Positions 8,590 through 18,477 are shown, counted from the first letter of the stretch. The stretch: 64,000 nt of DNA from Pseudomonadota bacterium (GCA_021325135.1 JAJPHT010000036.1:95491-159490); one strand, 5' to 3'. Notes: generated by a model from the sequence alone, not told the origin. Numbers and translations: made by a program.

Positions 8590-9288
8590 AGGCACGTCGT
8601 AGGCATATGCCAAAGGTGTCAGCCGCGCCTCTTCGGCCTTCCAGCGGGGGAAGCGCCGGGAGCGGCCCCCGATGGCCCGGATCGGATCCCCCGCGCGAAG
8701 ACGGATGCCGCTGACGACGAAGAGCTCCGTCTCGGGGTGGAACAAGAGGGCATGCTTCACCTCGTTCTTCGTCAGCGTCACGGTGTCGCCCTCGCCCGTC
8801 GTGCCCTTGATCTCCACGTGGAGGACGCTGCGCCCCTTCCGAAGGAGGAGATCGTAGGATTCGCGGGCCGAGACGTCGTGGACGGTCCAACCCAGCCGCT
8901 GGTAGTAGACCGTGGCGACGGTCATCGCCCGCTGTTCGACCGCGCGTCGGGCCGCGGCGTCGAGCCCGCGCCCGGTCCGCCGGCGCTGCGGGCGCACCAC
9001 CTGTTCCAGCGTCTCCGCCTGTTCGGTCTCCTCACGCGTCGGGAGGCGATATCGGGCGTGACCGTCCCAATCCATCTGGGCCTTGCGGGTCCGGTAGAGC
9101 AGGACGCTGCGGACGTTGCGCTGCCACCGGGTGTCGTGGGCTGCGTAGCTCGCAGGCGGACGGCGGTCACCGGCGTCCAGCCTCACGCGGCTCCGAACCA
9201 GCGCATAGATGTCTTGCAGGGAGAACCAGCGCCCGACCGGCAGGTTCGTCTGGAGGATGCGCCAGATGACGGGGAGGCGGGCTCGCAT
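8581..9288 (-). CDS. Winged-helix + DUF3883 (NOV C-terminal-like) PD-(D/E)xK nuclease
   Basis: AVEQRAM..GWTVHDVS..SYDLL..HVEIKGT..LTKNE. N-terminal Mrr_N-like segment LQDIYALV..RWQRNVR. Start uncertain (9288 or 9381). Confidence 0.7.
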   Translation of the reverse strand: MRARLPVIWRILQTNLPVGRWFSLQDIYALVRSRVRLDAGDRRPPASYAAHDTRWQRNVRSVLLYRTRKAQMDWDGHARYRLPTREETEQAETLEQVVRPQRRRTGRGLDAAARRAVEQRAMTVATVYYQRLGWTVHDVSARESYDLLLRKGRSVLHVEIKGTTGEGDTVTLTKNEVKHALLFHPETELFVVSGIRLRAGDPIRAIGGRSRRFPRWKAEEARLTPLAYAYDVPSR

Positions 9289-9412
9289 CGGGAGCCAAAC
9301 CCCGCGACCCCGGAAAAAGCCGGCTCCGCCCCGGGGGCTCACGTCCCGTGCGTGCCTTTCGGTCCGGTGCCGGATCGCCATTCTTATCCTTCCCGGGGGC
9401 GCCACGCCCGCG

Positions 9413-9991
9413 ATGCTGCCCGCCTGGACGCCCGACGCGACGGGATATCTCGTCGCCCTCTTCGCCATCGCCTCGCTGGAGGCCGTGCCGCTTTGGGGGC
9501 GCTGGGTGCCGGGCCACCTGGGCTTCGCGGCGGTGGCGTGCGTGGCGGTGGGCTTCGTGGGCGTCTCGCCGTGGCTTCTCGTGGCGGCGTGGACCGGCGC
9601 CTTCCTCTCGGACCTGGCGTTCTACGCGTGGTACCGCGTCCGGCCGGTGCGCACGCTGCGGCGCCACGGCGGGTGGTGGCGCGCGGGGCTCGACGTGGAC
9701 GACCTGAGCGAGGCCCTGGAGCACGGGCCGGTGGGCGCGTTCTTCGCGGCCAAGTTCTCGACGCGCGACCGGGCGCGCCTCGCCTACGCGGCGGGCAAGG
9801 CGGACCTCCCGCCCGCCGCGTTCGTCCTCCTCTCCGCCTTCGCGTGCGCCGTCTGGACCTCCGCCTGGATCGGCCTGGGCGGGGCGCTGGGCTGGCTCGC
9901 GCGCAACCTGCCCCGCGCGTGGGCGGTGGCCCTGCTGGCGGTCGCCTTCGTGGCGCTCCTGGCGAGCCTCAGCCGGCCGCAGCCCGCGTAA
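9413..9991 (+). CDS. DedA-like membrane protein
   Basis: Several TM segments; LEAVPLWGRWVPG, GAFLSDLAFY, AKF..R..AYAAG and F..LSAFACAVW follow the DedA pattern. Confidence 0.65.
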   Translation: MLPAWTPDATGYLVALFAIASLEAVPLWGRWVPGHLGFAAVACVAVGFVGVSPWLLVAAWTGAFLSDLAFYAWYRVRPVRTLRRHGGWWRAGLDVDDLSEALEHGPVGAFFAAKFSTRDRARLAYAAGKADLPPAAFVLLSAFACAVWTSAWIGLGGALGWLARNLPRAWAVALLAVAFVALLASLSRPQPA

Positions 9992-10032
9992 GCACCAAGG
10001 GATCAAGCCCCCTCAGGGCCACGTCCAGGCCG

Positions 10033-10803
10033 ATGGAGAGGCGCGCGTTCGTCAAGGCCTGCGTCGGCGTCGCGGGCGCCGCGGCCTTGGGCAGCGCGGG
10101 CCTGGGCATGGCGCGCAGCCTCGTCGAGCCGCGCGGACCCTCGGGGATCGTCCGCTACTTCGGCGCGCACCGCGTCGGCGGCCCCGCGCCCCGCGGGCTC
10201 CCCTACCTGCCGCTGCGGCGCGACGCCGACGGGGCGCTGGCGGTGAACGCGGAGCCCTTCTCCTTCCGCGGCGCGACCTACGATCCCCTGGCGTGGTGCC
10301 GCTACTGCGGCCACCAGTCCGCGCCCGGCCTCGTCCGCGGCGCCGCGCTGGACGACCGGCTGCGCTACTGGTTCCCGCCGGACCTCGGCAAGGTGGTCCG
10401 GCCCTGGTATGCGGACAAGCTGGGGGAGCCCGTGCGCCCGGAGGATTTCCCCGACGTGGGCTTCGGCGCGCGCGTCGTCTGGCGCACGCCGGACGGGGCC
10501 CCCGACGCGCATCGCCTCCAGGCTCTCGTCGTCCGCGTGCCGGCCCTCAAGGACGCGCGCGACCCCGTGAAGCCCGCGAAGCCCCTCCAGGCCGGAGAGC
10601 TGGCGCTGCTCCAGGAGCGCGTCTTCCTGGGCGACCTTGTGGCCGTCTTCTCCGCGTGCACGCACTTCTGCTGCTGGGCCGGCTACAAGGAGGCGGAGGT
10701 CTTCGCGCGGCCTCGCAACGCCTGGGAGAACGCCTTCTGCACCTGCCACGACGCCAACTATGACGCGGCCGCCCCTGTGGCGTACACCTTCCTCCCGTCG
10801 TGA
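10033..10803 (+). CDS. Tat-exported Rieske [2Fe-2S] protein
   Basis: MERRAFVK twin-arginine motif plus TM helix; Rieske boxes CTHFCC and CTCHDA. Confidence 0.8.
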   Translation: MERRAFVKACVGVAGAAALGSAGLGMARSLVEPRGPSGIVRYFGAHRVGGPAPRGLPYLPLRRDADGALAVNAEPFSFRGATYDPLAWCRYCGHQSAPGLVRGAALDDRLRYWFPPDLGKVVRPWYADKLGEPVRPEDFPDVGFGARVVWRTPDGAPDAHRLQALVVRVPALKDARDPVKPAKPLQAGELALLQERVFLGDLVAVFSACTHFCCWAGYKEAEVFARPRNAWENAFCTCHDANYDAAAPVAYTFLPS

Positions 10804-11882
10804 AAACGCACAAGAGGCGGAAGCGGCTCCCTCTCGTCGTGGACGACGCCGCCGTGCTGGAGGCCCTGGTGCGCGAAGGGAGCGTGACCGGCGACACCGA
10901 GCGCGCCGTCGCGGCCTTCGTGCGCTGCGCCCGCGCGCTGGGGCTGGAGGCCCACCGCGACGCCGCGGGCAACGCCGTGGCCATCGCGGGCCGCGGATCG
11001 CGCGAGGTCCTCCTGGTCGGGCACGTCGACACGGTGGCGCCCGTGCTGCCCGTCACGCTGGAGGATGGCTGGCTCTGGGGGCGCGGCGCGGTGGACGCCA
11101 AGGGCCCCCTCGCGGCGTTCCTCTGCGCGGCGGCGCGCCTCAAGGAGAGCCCCACGCACCGCTTCGTCGTCGTGGGCGCGTGCGACGAGGAGGGGCCTTC
11201 GGAGGGCGCGCGCTTCCTCGTGGACCGGCACCGCCCCGAGGCGCTGGTCATCGGCGAGCCCTCAGGGACCAGCGGCGTGACCCTGGGCTACAAGGGTATC
11301 GTCAAGATCCGCTACGAGCTGGAGGACGACCTCCAGCACACCGGCGCGCCGCACCCCAGCGTGCCCGACCGCGGGCTCGCCTTCTGGCACGCCGTCCAGA
11401 CGTTCCTCGCGCAGCAGCACGGGGAATCGATGTTCGAGATGCCCACGGTCAAGCTCAACGACTTCCAGACGGAGCTTCTCCCCTCGGGACGCGTCCGCGT
11501 GCGGCTCTCGGGCAGCGCGCGCACGCCGCCGGGCTTCGACACGCCCGCGTTCCTGGACTTCCTCCGCGAGCGCGCGGGCGCGGCCAAGCTGACCATTCCG
11601 GAGTGGGCGCCCGCGTGGCTGGGCGAGAAGAACGCGCGCCTCACGCGCGCCTTCGTGGCCGCCATCCGCGAGGAGGGGATGACGCCGCGCTACGTGCGCA
11701 AGACCGGCACCTCGGACGCCAACCTGCTGGCACCCCTCTGGAAGTGCCCCACCGTCGCGTACGGGCCCGGTGATAGCACGCTGGACCACACGCCGCAGGA
11801 GCGCATCGAGGTCGAGGACTTCCGGCGCGGCGTGCGCGTGCTGGAGCGCGCGCTGCGGACCCTCGCTTCGGGGCCCGCGTAA
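10800..11882 (+). CDS. lysK: LysW-lysine hydrolase (M20/ArgE family)
   Basis: GHVDTV, GRGAVDAKG, CDEEG, IGEPSG, KTGTSDAN, YGPGDSTLDHTPQE. Confidence 0.92.
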   Translation: MKTHKRRKRLPLVVDDAAVLEALVREGSVTGDTERAVAAFVRCARALGLEAHRDAAGNAVAIAGRGSREVLLVGHVDTVAPVLPVTLEDGWLWGRGAVDAKGPLAAFLCAAARLKESPTHRFVVVGACDEEGPSEGARFLVDRHRPEALVIGEPSGTSGVTLGYKGIVKIRYELEDDLQHTGAPHPSVPDRGLAFWHAVQTFLAQQHGESMFEMPTVKLNDFQTELLPSGRVRVRLSGSARTPPGFDTPAFLDFLRERAGAAKLTIPEWAPAWLGEKNARLTRAFVAAIREEGMTPRYVRKTGTSDANLLAPLWKCPTVAYGPGDSTLDHTPQERIEVEDFRRGVRVLERALRTLASGPA

Positions 11883-11945
11883 GGGCGCGCGCCGCAGGCA
11901 ACATCCTGCCAACGTCCAACCCTTCCAGGCGCATGGCACGGGTGC

Positions 11946-12545
11946 ATGACCAAAGCCATCGTCCTTCTTGGCGCTCTCCTCGTGACCTCCTGCGCGCTCG
12001 CGGGCCTCGTCGGGGCCAACTCCGTCTGCCCCGACTTCGACCAGCCGACGCACACCTACGGCGCGCCCCTCGGGCACCACCCCCACGCGGCCGCGATGCA
12101 GGGCTCCGGCACCGGGCTGGTGAGCGTCTGGGACACCAACGTCGCGGACTGCAACGGCGACGGCATCCCCGGCGACTGGGACGGCGACCTCGACGCGGGC
12201 ACGACCGGCGGCGCCTTCGGCTACCTCGGGACCTGGGAGGCCGCCTGCGGCTACGACCTCAACCTCCACTCCGGTCTCGGCACGGCCTCGGACTTCACGG
12301 GGCTCTCGGTCTCGGGCGTGCTGGGCATGGACGACATGGGGGCCTCCGGCTGCGCGCCCGACGGCGTGATCGCCCCCGCCGTGGACCCCTCCGACTGCCT
12401 GGTGCGCTTCGTCAACTCGTGGAACGCCTCGGCGTGCGTCAACAAGCTCCAGGGGAGCGGCGCCACGGAGACGGGGGCGGACGACCTCTACTGGATCCTC
12501 GTCCAGGCCCCCTCCACGGCCGGCACGCTCACGGCCAACTTCTGA
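11946..12545 (+). CDS. Secreted Cys/Asp-rich hypothetical protein (possible lipoprotein)
   Basis: Signal peptide MTKAIVLLGALLVTSC; Ca-binding-like loop DCNGDGIPGDWDGDLD; host-like codon usage. Confidence 0.7.
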   Translation: MTKAIVLLGALLVTSCALAGLVGANSVCPDFDQPTHTYGAPLGHHPHAAAMQGSGTGLVSVWDTNVADCNGDGIPGDWDGDLDAGTTGGAFGYLGTWEAACGYDLNLHSGLGTASDFTGLSVSGVLGMDDMGASGCAPDGVIAPAVDPSDCLVRFVNSWNASACVNKLQGSGATETGADDLYWILVQAPSTAGTLTANF

Positions 12546-12553
12546 TCGGCCCC

Positions 12554-14659
12554 TCACGGCCCCATGACGTTGGGGGGCGCCTTGCTCGCCTGGGCGCCCG
12601 GGCGGGGGAGCCGGAACCCCACCGCGAGGGTGGGGAGCTCGGCGTCGGGCACGAAGGTCCGGAACGACTTGTACGCGTAGAGCGGCGCCGCGAGGAACAC
12701 CAGCGCGTACATGACGATCCAGACGAGGAGGAGAGCGCGCGACGTCGTCCAGCTCGCGCCGCCCGTGACGACAAGGGCCACGCTGATGCCCGCGAGCACC
12801 AGGAAGAAGCCCGTCTCGAAGGGCGTGAGGCGCAGCGCGCGCATGAAGGAGGCCCACTTGCCGGGCCGCCCCGCGGGCGCCTTGGGCGTGCGCACGAAGG
12901 GGACCTTGAACCCCATAGCGGCCTTCAGCGCGGCGCGCATGTGGACGAACTTGATGGCGTACCACACGCCCATGACCTTGAGCGTCCCCCACATGCTGAG
13001 GTTCATGCTGCGGCGCAGCGCCAGGTGCAGGCGCGCGAAGCCGTCCAGCAGCAGGAAGATGGGCACGAGGCCCAGGAGCGCGATCTCGTTCTGGTGGTAG
13101 ACCTGGAGCGGGTGCCCGCGGACCTCGCCCAGGGCGATGGCCGCGACCGCGCCCGCGATGACGACGATGTAGACGCCGTCGAACCACTGGAGGCAGGAGA
13201 TGAAGAAGTCGAACCGCTGGCGCAGCGTCATGCCGCCGGGCCCCACGAGCTTGCCCAGGTGCGCCTTGAGCACCTTCGCCCCGCCGAAGGCCCAGCGGTG
13301 GTGCTGCTTCTTGTACGCGTCGTAGGTGGGCGGGATGAGCCCCTTGCCGAACGTCTTGGGGATGAACAGGCTCCGCCAGCCCGCGTCGAGGAGACGCACG
13401 GAAAGCTCGCAGTCCTCCGTCACGTGGTTCTCGGCCCAGCCGCCCACCTGCTCCAGCGCCTCGCGGCGCACCATGCCCATGGTGCCGCAGAAGCTGATGG
13501 CGTTCGCCTCGTTGCGGCTGGGCATGATGGCGCGGTAGAAGTAGCCGTCCGCGAAGTAGTACTGACGGGTCAGGAAGCTCTGGTGGACGTTGCGGTAGTC
13601 CTGCGGCGTCTGGAGGAAGCCCAGGCGCGCGTCGATGAAGTACCCCACCGTCTCGCGCAGGTACTCGGGCTCCACGTGGTAGTCCGCGTCGATGACGCTG
13701 ATGATCTCCACGTCGGGGGGCGTGATCTTGAGCGCGTGGTTGAGCGCGCCCGCCTTGTACCCCTTGCGGTTCGCGCGGTGGACGTAGACGAAGCCGTTCT
13801 CGCGGCAGAAGCGCTCCACGGGCGCGCGGCAGCGCTCGTCGGTGCTGTCGTCGAGCACCATGACGACGTAGCGGTCCTTGGGGTAGTCCAGGTCCTTGAA
13901 GCGGGAGAGCGCGTCGAAGACGATCTCGGGCGGCTCGTTGAAGCACGCGTAGTGGAACGCCACCCGGGGAAGGTAGTGCCGGCTGAAGGGCACCTTGTCC
14001 GGCGTGCGCTCCCAGCGGCGCTTGACCACGTTGTCGAGGCCGTAGAAGGCGTGCACGACGACCATGGCGAGGCTCATGCCTTCGGCCCAGAGCAGGAAGA
14101 TGCTGAACGGCAATGCCTGAAGGGGCACGCGGGGGAGCGCCACGTTGAACACGTAGCCGAAGTAGCCGGCGACGATGCTCACGAACGCGACGTAGGCGAG
14201 GACGCCGTAGAGGCGCCAGCCGAAGCGGATGACGATGAGGCCCACGACGCCGCCCAAGACCGCGGCGATGAGCTCCGCGACGGTGAGCGTGTCGAGGACG
14301 CCCCAGTAGTCCATGGCGTAGAAGCCCCCCGCCGCGCCCGTGGGGTGGCCCGCCGCGAGGTAGCCCAGGGCGTAGAGGATGAAGCCCGCCGCGGCGCCGA
14401 CGCCCGCGCCCATGAGGTCGCGCGCGAGGTCGCGCCAGCGCAGGAGGCCCGCGGCGCGGCTCGCGAGGAGGAGCGAGACGAGCGCGGCCCCCAGCACCAT
14501 GGCCTGGCGCGCCGTGGTCCAGGGCCAGTGGAGCGCGCGGGGGAGGGTGTGCGCAGTCTTCGTGGCGAGGAGGAAGGCCGAGTGCATGGCGAGGCCCAGA
14601 AGGGCCCCCGCGGTGCCGGCGAGCAGGATGGCCGCGAGGCCCAGGAGGCGCCGCTTCAC
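12554..14659 (-). CDS. Processive GT2 glycosyltransferase (cellulose/beta-glucan synthase-like, multi-TM)
   Basis: GTG 14659 overlaps the upstream stop. DDS, KAGALN, DADY, QTPQ, TED and QHHRW (QxxRW) motifs, with TM helices on both sides. Confidence 0.9.
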   Translation of the reverse strand: MKRRLLGLAAILLAGTAGALLGLAMHSAFLLATKTAHTLPRALHWPWTTARQAMVLGAALVSLLLASRAAGLLRWRDLARDLMGAGVGAAAGFILYALGYLAAGHPTGAAGGFYAMDYWGVLDTLTVAELIAAVLGGVVGLIVIRFGWRLYGVLAYVAFVSIVAGYFGYVFNVALPRVPLQALPFSIFLLWAEGMSLAMVVVHAFYGLDNVVKRRWERTPDKVPFSRHYLPRVAFHYACFNEPPEIVFDALSRFKDLDYPKDRYVVMVLDDSTDERCRAPVERFCRENGFVYVHRANRKGYKAGALNHALKITPPDVEIISVIDADYHVEPEYLRETVGYFIDARLGFLQTPQDYRNVHQSFLTRQYYFADGYFYRAIMPSRNEANAISFCGTMGMVRREALEQVGGWAENHVTEDCELSVRLLDAGWRSLFIPKTFGKGLIPPTYDAYKKQHHRWAFGGAKVLKAHLGKLVGPGGMTLRQRFDFFISCLQWFDGVYIVVIAGAVAAIALGEVRGHPLQVYHQNEIALLGLVPIFLLLDGFARLHLALRRSMNLSMWGTLKVMGVWYAIKFVHMRAALKAAMGFKVPFVRTPKAPAGRPGKWASFMRALRLTPFETGFFLVLAGISVALVVTGGASWTTSRALLLVWIVMYALVFLAAPLYAYKSFRTFVPDAELPTLAVGFRLPRPGAQASKAPPNVMGP

Positions 14660-15333
14660 GCCCGCGCCACCGTCCTGTCGCGCGTCTTTCTCGGGGCGCG
14701 GATGCGCAGGAGCGGCGCGTGGCGCACCTCGAACTCGCAGCAGGGCGCGCCGCGCGCGCGGCAGGCGATCTCCTCCACCTTCGCGAGGTCGCCTGTCAGG
14801 CGCTCGAAGGCGCCCGCAAGGAGCCCGCGCTCGTGCTCGCACCCCACGGGCGCGCGCGCCATCGCGCACGTCGCGCAGCGGTAGAGCCGCACCACCTTGC
14901 GCGTCGCGCGGCTCTGCACGATGCGCGCGTCGACGCCCAGCGCGGCCAGCTCCTCGAACGCCTCGTCGAGGCCGATGGCGGACTCGTGGCCAAGGCGCCG
15001 CGCCGCGTCGAAGGGCACCGGCGCGGCGGTCGCCGCCACCTTGGCCGGAGGGCGCTCGTCGGGCAGCCGGGCGCGGGGGAGGGGCCGCCGCGCGTTGGCG
15101 ACGGCCGCGAGGTCCCCCACGATGGTGCTGCGGAAGAGGGACGCCGTGAAGAGGAAGGCGAGCACCAGCAGGCCGCCCGCCATGAGCAGCACGCTGCCCC
15201 GCGCGCCCGTGGGCGCCGCGTAGCGATGCAGGAAGTCCAGGAGGGCGCGCAGCCCGTCACGGACGAAGGACCCGTCGCCGAGGACCACAGGCGCACCCGC
15301 CACCACCGTTCGGCAGCGCGGGAAAAAGCCCAT
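14656..15333 (-). CDS. Membrane-anchored V4R-domain protein
   Basis: TM helix followed by CATC..GCEHERGLLAGAFE..VEEIACRARGAPCCEFEV, the V4R signature. Confidence 0.8.
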   Translation of the reverse strand: MGFFPRCRTVVAGAPVVLGDGSFVRDGLRALLDFLHRYAAPTGARGSVLLMAGGLLVLAFLFTASLFRSTIVGDLAAVANARRPLPRARLPDERPPAKVAATAAPVPFDAARRLGHESAIGLDEAFEELAALGVDARIVQSRATRKVVRLYRCATCAMARAPVGCEHERGLLAGAFERLTGDLAKVEEIACRARGAPCCEFEVRHAPLLRIRAPRKTRDRTVARA

Positions 15334-15342
15334 GGGTACGCC

Positions 15343-15891
15343 TCACGAAGGGATCTCCTCGGGCGCGGCCAGAAGCACGTCGCGCACGAACCGGTCGACC
15401 TCCGGGTCCGCGAAGCTCTCGCGGTAGTAGATCAGCTCGTGCCGCAGGAGCGCCGGGTCCGCCAGGCGGTAGACGTGGGAGGCGCCCGCCCGCTCCCGCT
15501 CCAGGACCCCCGTCGCGAGGAGGCGCTGAAGGTGGAAGGAGAGCGTCGAGCCCGCGACGCCCGCCAGGGTCTGAAGCTCCTTGTGCGTCTGCCCCGGGCG
15601 CTCCAGGAGCGCCACCGCGATGCGGCGCGGCACGTCGTGGCGCAGCGCGCCCAGGAGCTTCTTCTCCCTCCGGTCGACGTCGCGCGCCACGAAGTAGCGC
15701 CGGAAGCCCCAGTCGCGCGTCGAGACGAGAAGGCCCATCCGCTCCAGGCGGTCCAGATGGTAGAGCACCTGCCCGAGGGGGAGGCCCGTCATCCGCTCGA
15801 TGCCCCGCAGGTGGGCGCCCGGCACGCGGGCGACGCACTGGAAGATGTCCAGACGAGGGCCCTGGGTCATCTGGGGTTCAAGGGACCGCAT
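15343..15891 (-). CDS. Archaeal double winged-helix transcriptional regulator
   Basis: Two wHTH repeats (PGAHLRGIER..YHLDRLE and PGQTHKEL..STLSFHLQRL). Start may be 15870. Confidence 0.8.
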   Translation of the reverse strand: MRSLEPQMTQGPRLDIFQCVARVPGAHLRGIERMTGLPLGQVLYHLDRLERMGLLVSTRDWGFRRYFVARDVDRREKKLLGALRHDVPRRIAVALLERPGQTHKELQTLAGVAGSTLSFHLQRLLATGVLERERAGASHVYRLADPALLRHELIYYRESFADPEVDRFVRDVLLAAPEEIPS

Positions 15892-16027
15892 GGGGCCCGT
15901 TTTGTTCGACCATTGTTAACCGTGCGTCGCCCGAACGGCAGGAAGCACGGCTGAAGGGCCAGGCCGGAGCGCCGGTCAGGCAGATGGGCGCTGGCCTTAG
16001 TAAGCAGACCCACCAAGGGCGTCGCAT

Positions 16028-16432
16028 ATGGGCGACAACCGCTACCTGCACGCCCTGGACGATCTCCGCGCAGCCTCCGACCCCTCGGCGCACCTCTCGC
16101 GCATGGGCGAGGCAGCGGTCATCCAGGCCCTGGGCGCGGCCAGCGCGACGGGCGACGCCTACCTGGGCAACGTCCTGGCCACGGAGCTGCTCAACCGCGT
16201 GGGCTACACGCTCGCGCGGGGCATGAGCCTCAGCCTCCTCGTGGCGGGCGCCTTCTCGATCCTCTGCGCGCTCATCGCCGGGCTCGCGCCGCAGGTCGCG
16301 TGGCCGACGTGGGTCCTGTTCAGCCTCATGGGCGTCGGCCTCCTCTTCGGCGGCGCGATCCTGTGGGTGGCGCGCGTGGCGGTGCACCGGGCCCGCGTGG
16401 GCTACTTCGAGCGCGCGCTGCGCGCCCATTGA
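16028..16432 (+). CDS. Small membrane protein (2 TM), hypothetical
   Basis: Host-like codon usage; AT-rich TTAGTAA about 25 nt upstream of the ATG, consistent with a leaderless promoter. Confidence 0.7.
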   Translation: MGDNRYLHALDDLRAASDPSAHLSRMGEAAVIQALGAASATGDAYLGNVLATELLNRVGYTLARGMSLSLLVAGAFSILCALIAGLAPQVAWPTWVLFSLMGVGLLFGGAILWVARVAVHRARVGYFERALRAH

Positions 16433-16437
16433 GCGAA

Positions 16438-16509
16438 AGCAGGGAGAGGGGATCGAACCCTCGATCTTCAGATCTGCAGTCTGACGCCTAACCGCTCGGC
16501 CATCCCTGC
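16438..16509 (-). tRNA. tRNA-Cys(GCA)
   Basis: Cloverleaf GCAGGGA..TCAGA CTGCAGA TCTGA..GAGGG TTCGATC CCCTC TCCCTGC T; U73 discriminator; CCA not encoded. Confidence 0.97.
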
Positions 16510-16635
16510 GAGGTGGGCTCAGGCGCGGACGCCATGAAGCGTATTTCACCTTTTTGGGCCTCCAGCGGGCCAGGTCCCCAGGGGCGGAGGCCCGTTGGCG
16601 GACCCGCTTTGCCTCCCGGGGGCCCAGGGTCGCGC

Positions 16636-18477
16636 GTGCGCGCGTGGGCCGTCCTCCTCCTGGCCGCCCTGCTGGCCCCCCTGGGGCAGGCGGGCGAAGG
16701 GCGAGGGGACCTCATCGTCCTCGTCGCGCCGGGCTCGCACGTCGGCCTCCCCGCCGGCGCCCTCCCGCTCCACGTCGTGCCCGGCTTCGTCGTCCCCGAC
16801 GCGTCCGACGCCCTGGCGCGCGCCCTCGCCGCGACGCCCGGCGTCGTCCGCATCCAGCGCGGAGAGCCCCTGGAGCTTCACGGCCTGCCCACCGCCGCGG
16901 CGGCCGCGCCCGACCACGCGCTGCGCCTCACGCGCGCGGACCCCGACGACCTCGCCCCCTTCGGCGCCGACGGCACGGGCGTCACGGTCGCGGTCGTGGA
17001 CTCCGGCATCGACGCCACGCACCCCGACCTCGCCGGGCGCGTCGCGGGCAACTGGCGCCTCGTGGACGGCGCGTTCGTCCCCGCCGCGGGGGACACCAAC
17101 GGCCACGGCACGCACGTCGCGGGCATCGTCGCCGCCAGCGGCGCCAGCAGCGGAGGCGCGCACGCGGGTACCGCCCCGGGCGCCACGCTCGTCGGCCTCG
17201 ACATCCTCTCGCAGAGCTTTACCACCACCAGCGCGCTCCTCGCCTACGACTGGCTCCACCAGAACGCCGCGCAGCAGGGCATCCGCGTCGTCGTCAACGC
17301 CTGGGGCCGCACCGGGGAGCCGCGCACCTTCGACCCCGACGACGCGCTGATCCAGGCGGTGGACCGCGTCGTGGACGACGGCGTCGTCGTCGTGTTCAGC
17401 GCCTCCAACCACGGCCCCATCGCGGGCTCGCTGAGCGTCGAGGCGCAGGACCCGCGCGTCGTCACCGTGGGCGCCGTGGACGACGCGGGCCAGATCGCGC
17501 CCTACAGCTCGCGCGGCCCCGTCGAGCCCGCCAAGGGCGGCGCGTGGGCCAAGCCCGACGTCGTGGCCCCCGGCGACCGCGTCGTCGGCCTGCGCAGCCA
17601 GGAGACGACGCCCGACCCCGCGACCGACCCCGACGCGCTCCACCGCGAGATGTCGGGCACGAGCCAGGCCGCGCCCCACGTCGCCGGCCTCGTCGCGCGC
17701 ATGCTCCAGGCCAACCCCAGGCTCGCGCCCGACGACGTGCTGCGCGACCTGCGCGAGAGCGCCATCGACTTGGGCCCCACGGGCCCCGACGCCGCCTACG
17801 GCCAAGGCCTCGTGGACGCGCCCGACGCCCTGCGCGCCGCGCTGGGCCAGGCGCCGCTCCACGACAACCCCCTCGCCGCGGGCGGCGTCGAGACCTACGA
17901 CGACGCCACGCAGGCGGCCGCCAACGGAGGAGCCCTCAGCCTCGCCCCCGCCGCGCAAGGCGCCTGGGAGACGCGCATCCCCATCAAGGAGGGCGCCACC
18001 GCGCTCGCCTTCGAGGTCGCCTCCGCCACCCCCGCGCCAGGCCTCGACGCGACGCTCACCGGCCCCGCCGGCGCCGCAGGCTCCTGGAGCGGCGCGTCGC
18101 AGGAAGGGTCGCGCACGGTCCTCCGCGGCCGCCTTGACGCCCTCCCCCCCGGCGTCTACACGCTGCGCGTCACCGCCACGCTCCCCATCGCCCTCGAAAG
18201 CCACGCGCAGGTCACCCTGGGCGCCCGCGCCGCGCCCCCCGACCCGCGATATCACCTCCCGCAACCCCCCGCTGCTGCGCAGGGGGTGCCTGCGCGCACG
18301 CTCGCCGACGACGCCATCCTCCTCGCCCGCAGCCACCCGTGGATCGCGCCCGCCCTCGCCGCTGCCATCGGACTGCCCCTCGCATGGCTCGCCAAGCGGG
18401 CGCGACGCGCACCACGCCCGCCGGGCCCCGACGCCCCGCCCGCCGACCCCCAACCTTCAAGGGACGGGTCCACCTAG
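16636..18477 (+). CDS. Secreted, C-terminally anchored subtilisin-like serine protease (S8)
   Basis: Triad VVDSG, HGTHVAG, SGTSQAAPHVAG; signal peptide after GTG 16636 (start uncertain, track gives 16513); C-terminal TM plus basic tail. Confidence 0.9.
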   Translation: MRAWAVLLLAALLAPLGQAGEGRGDLIVLVAPGSHVGLPAGALPLHVVPGFVVPDASDALARALAATPGVVRIQRGEPLELHGLPTAAAAAPDHALRLTRADPDDLAPFGADGTGVTVAVVDSGIDATHPDLAGRVAGNWRLVDGAFVPAAGDTNGHGTHVAGIVAASGASSGGAHAGTAPGATLVGLDILSQSFTTTSALLAYDWLHQNAAQQGIRVVVNAWGRTGEPRTFDPDDALIQAVDRVVDDGVVVVFSASNHGPIAGSLSVEAQDPRVVTVGAVDDAGQIAPYSSRGPVEPAKGGAWAKPDVVAPGDRVVGLRSQETTPDPATDPDALHREMSGTSQAAPHVAGLVARMLQANPRLAPDDVLRDLRESAIDLGPTGPDAAYGQGLVDAPDALRAALGQAPLHDNPLAAGGVETYDDATQAAANGGALSLAPAAQGAWETRIPIKEGATALAFEVASATPAPGLDATLTGPAGAAGSWSGASQEGSRTVLRGRLDALPPGVYTLRVTATLPIALESHAQVTLGARAAPPDPRYHLPQPPAAAQGVPARTLADDAILLARSHPWIAPALAAAIGLPLAWLAKRARRAPRPPGPDAPPADPQPSRDGST

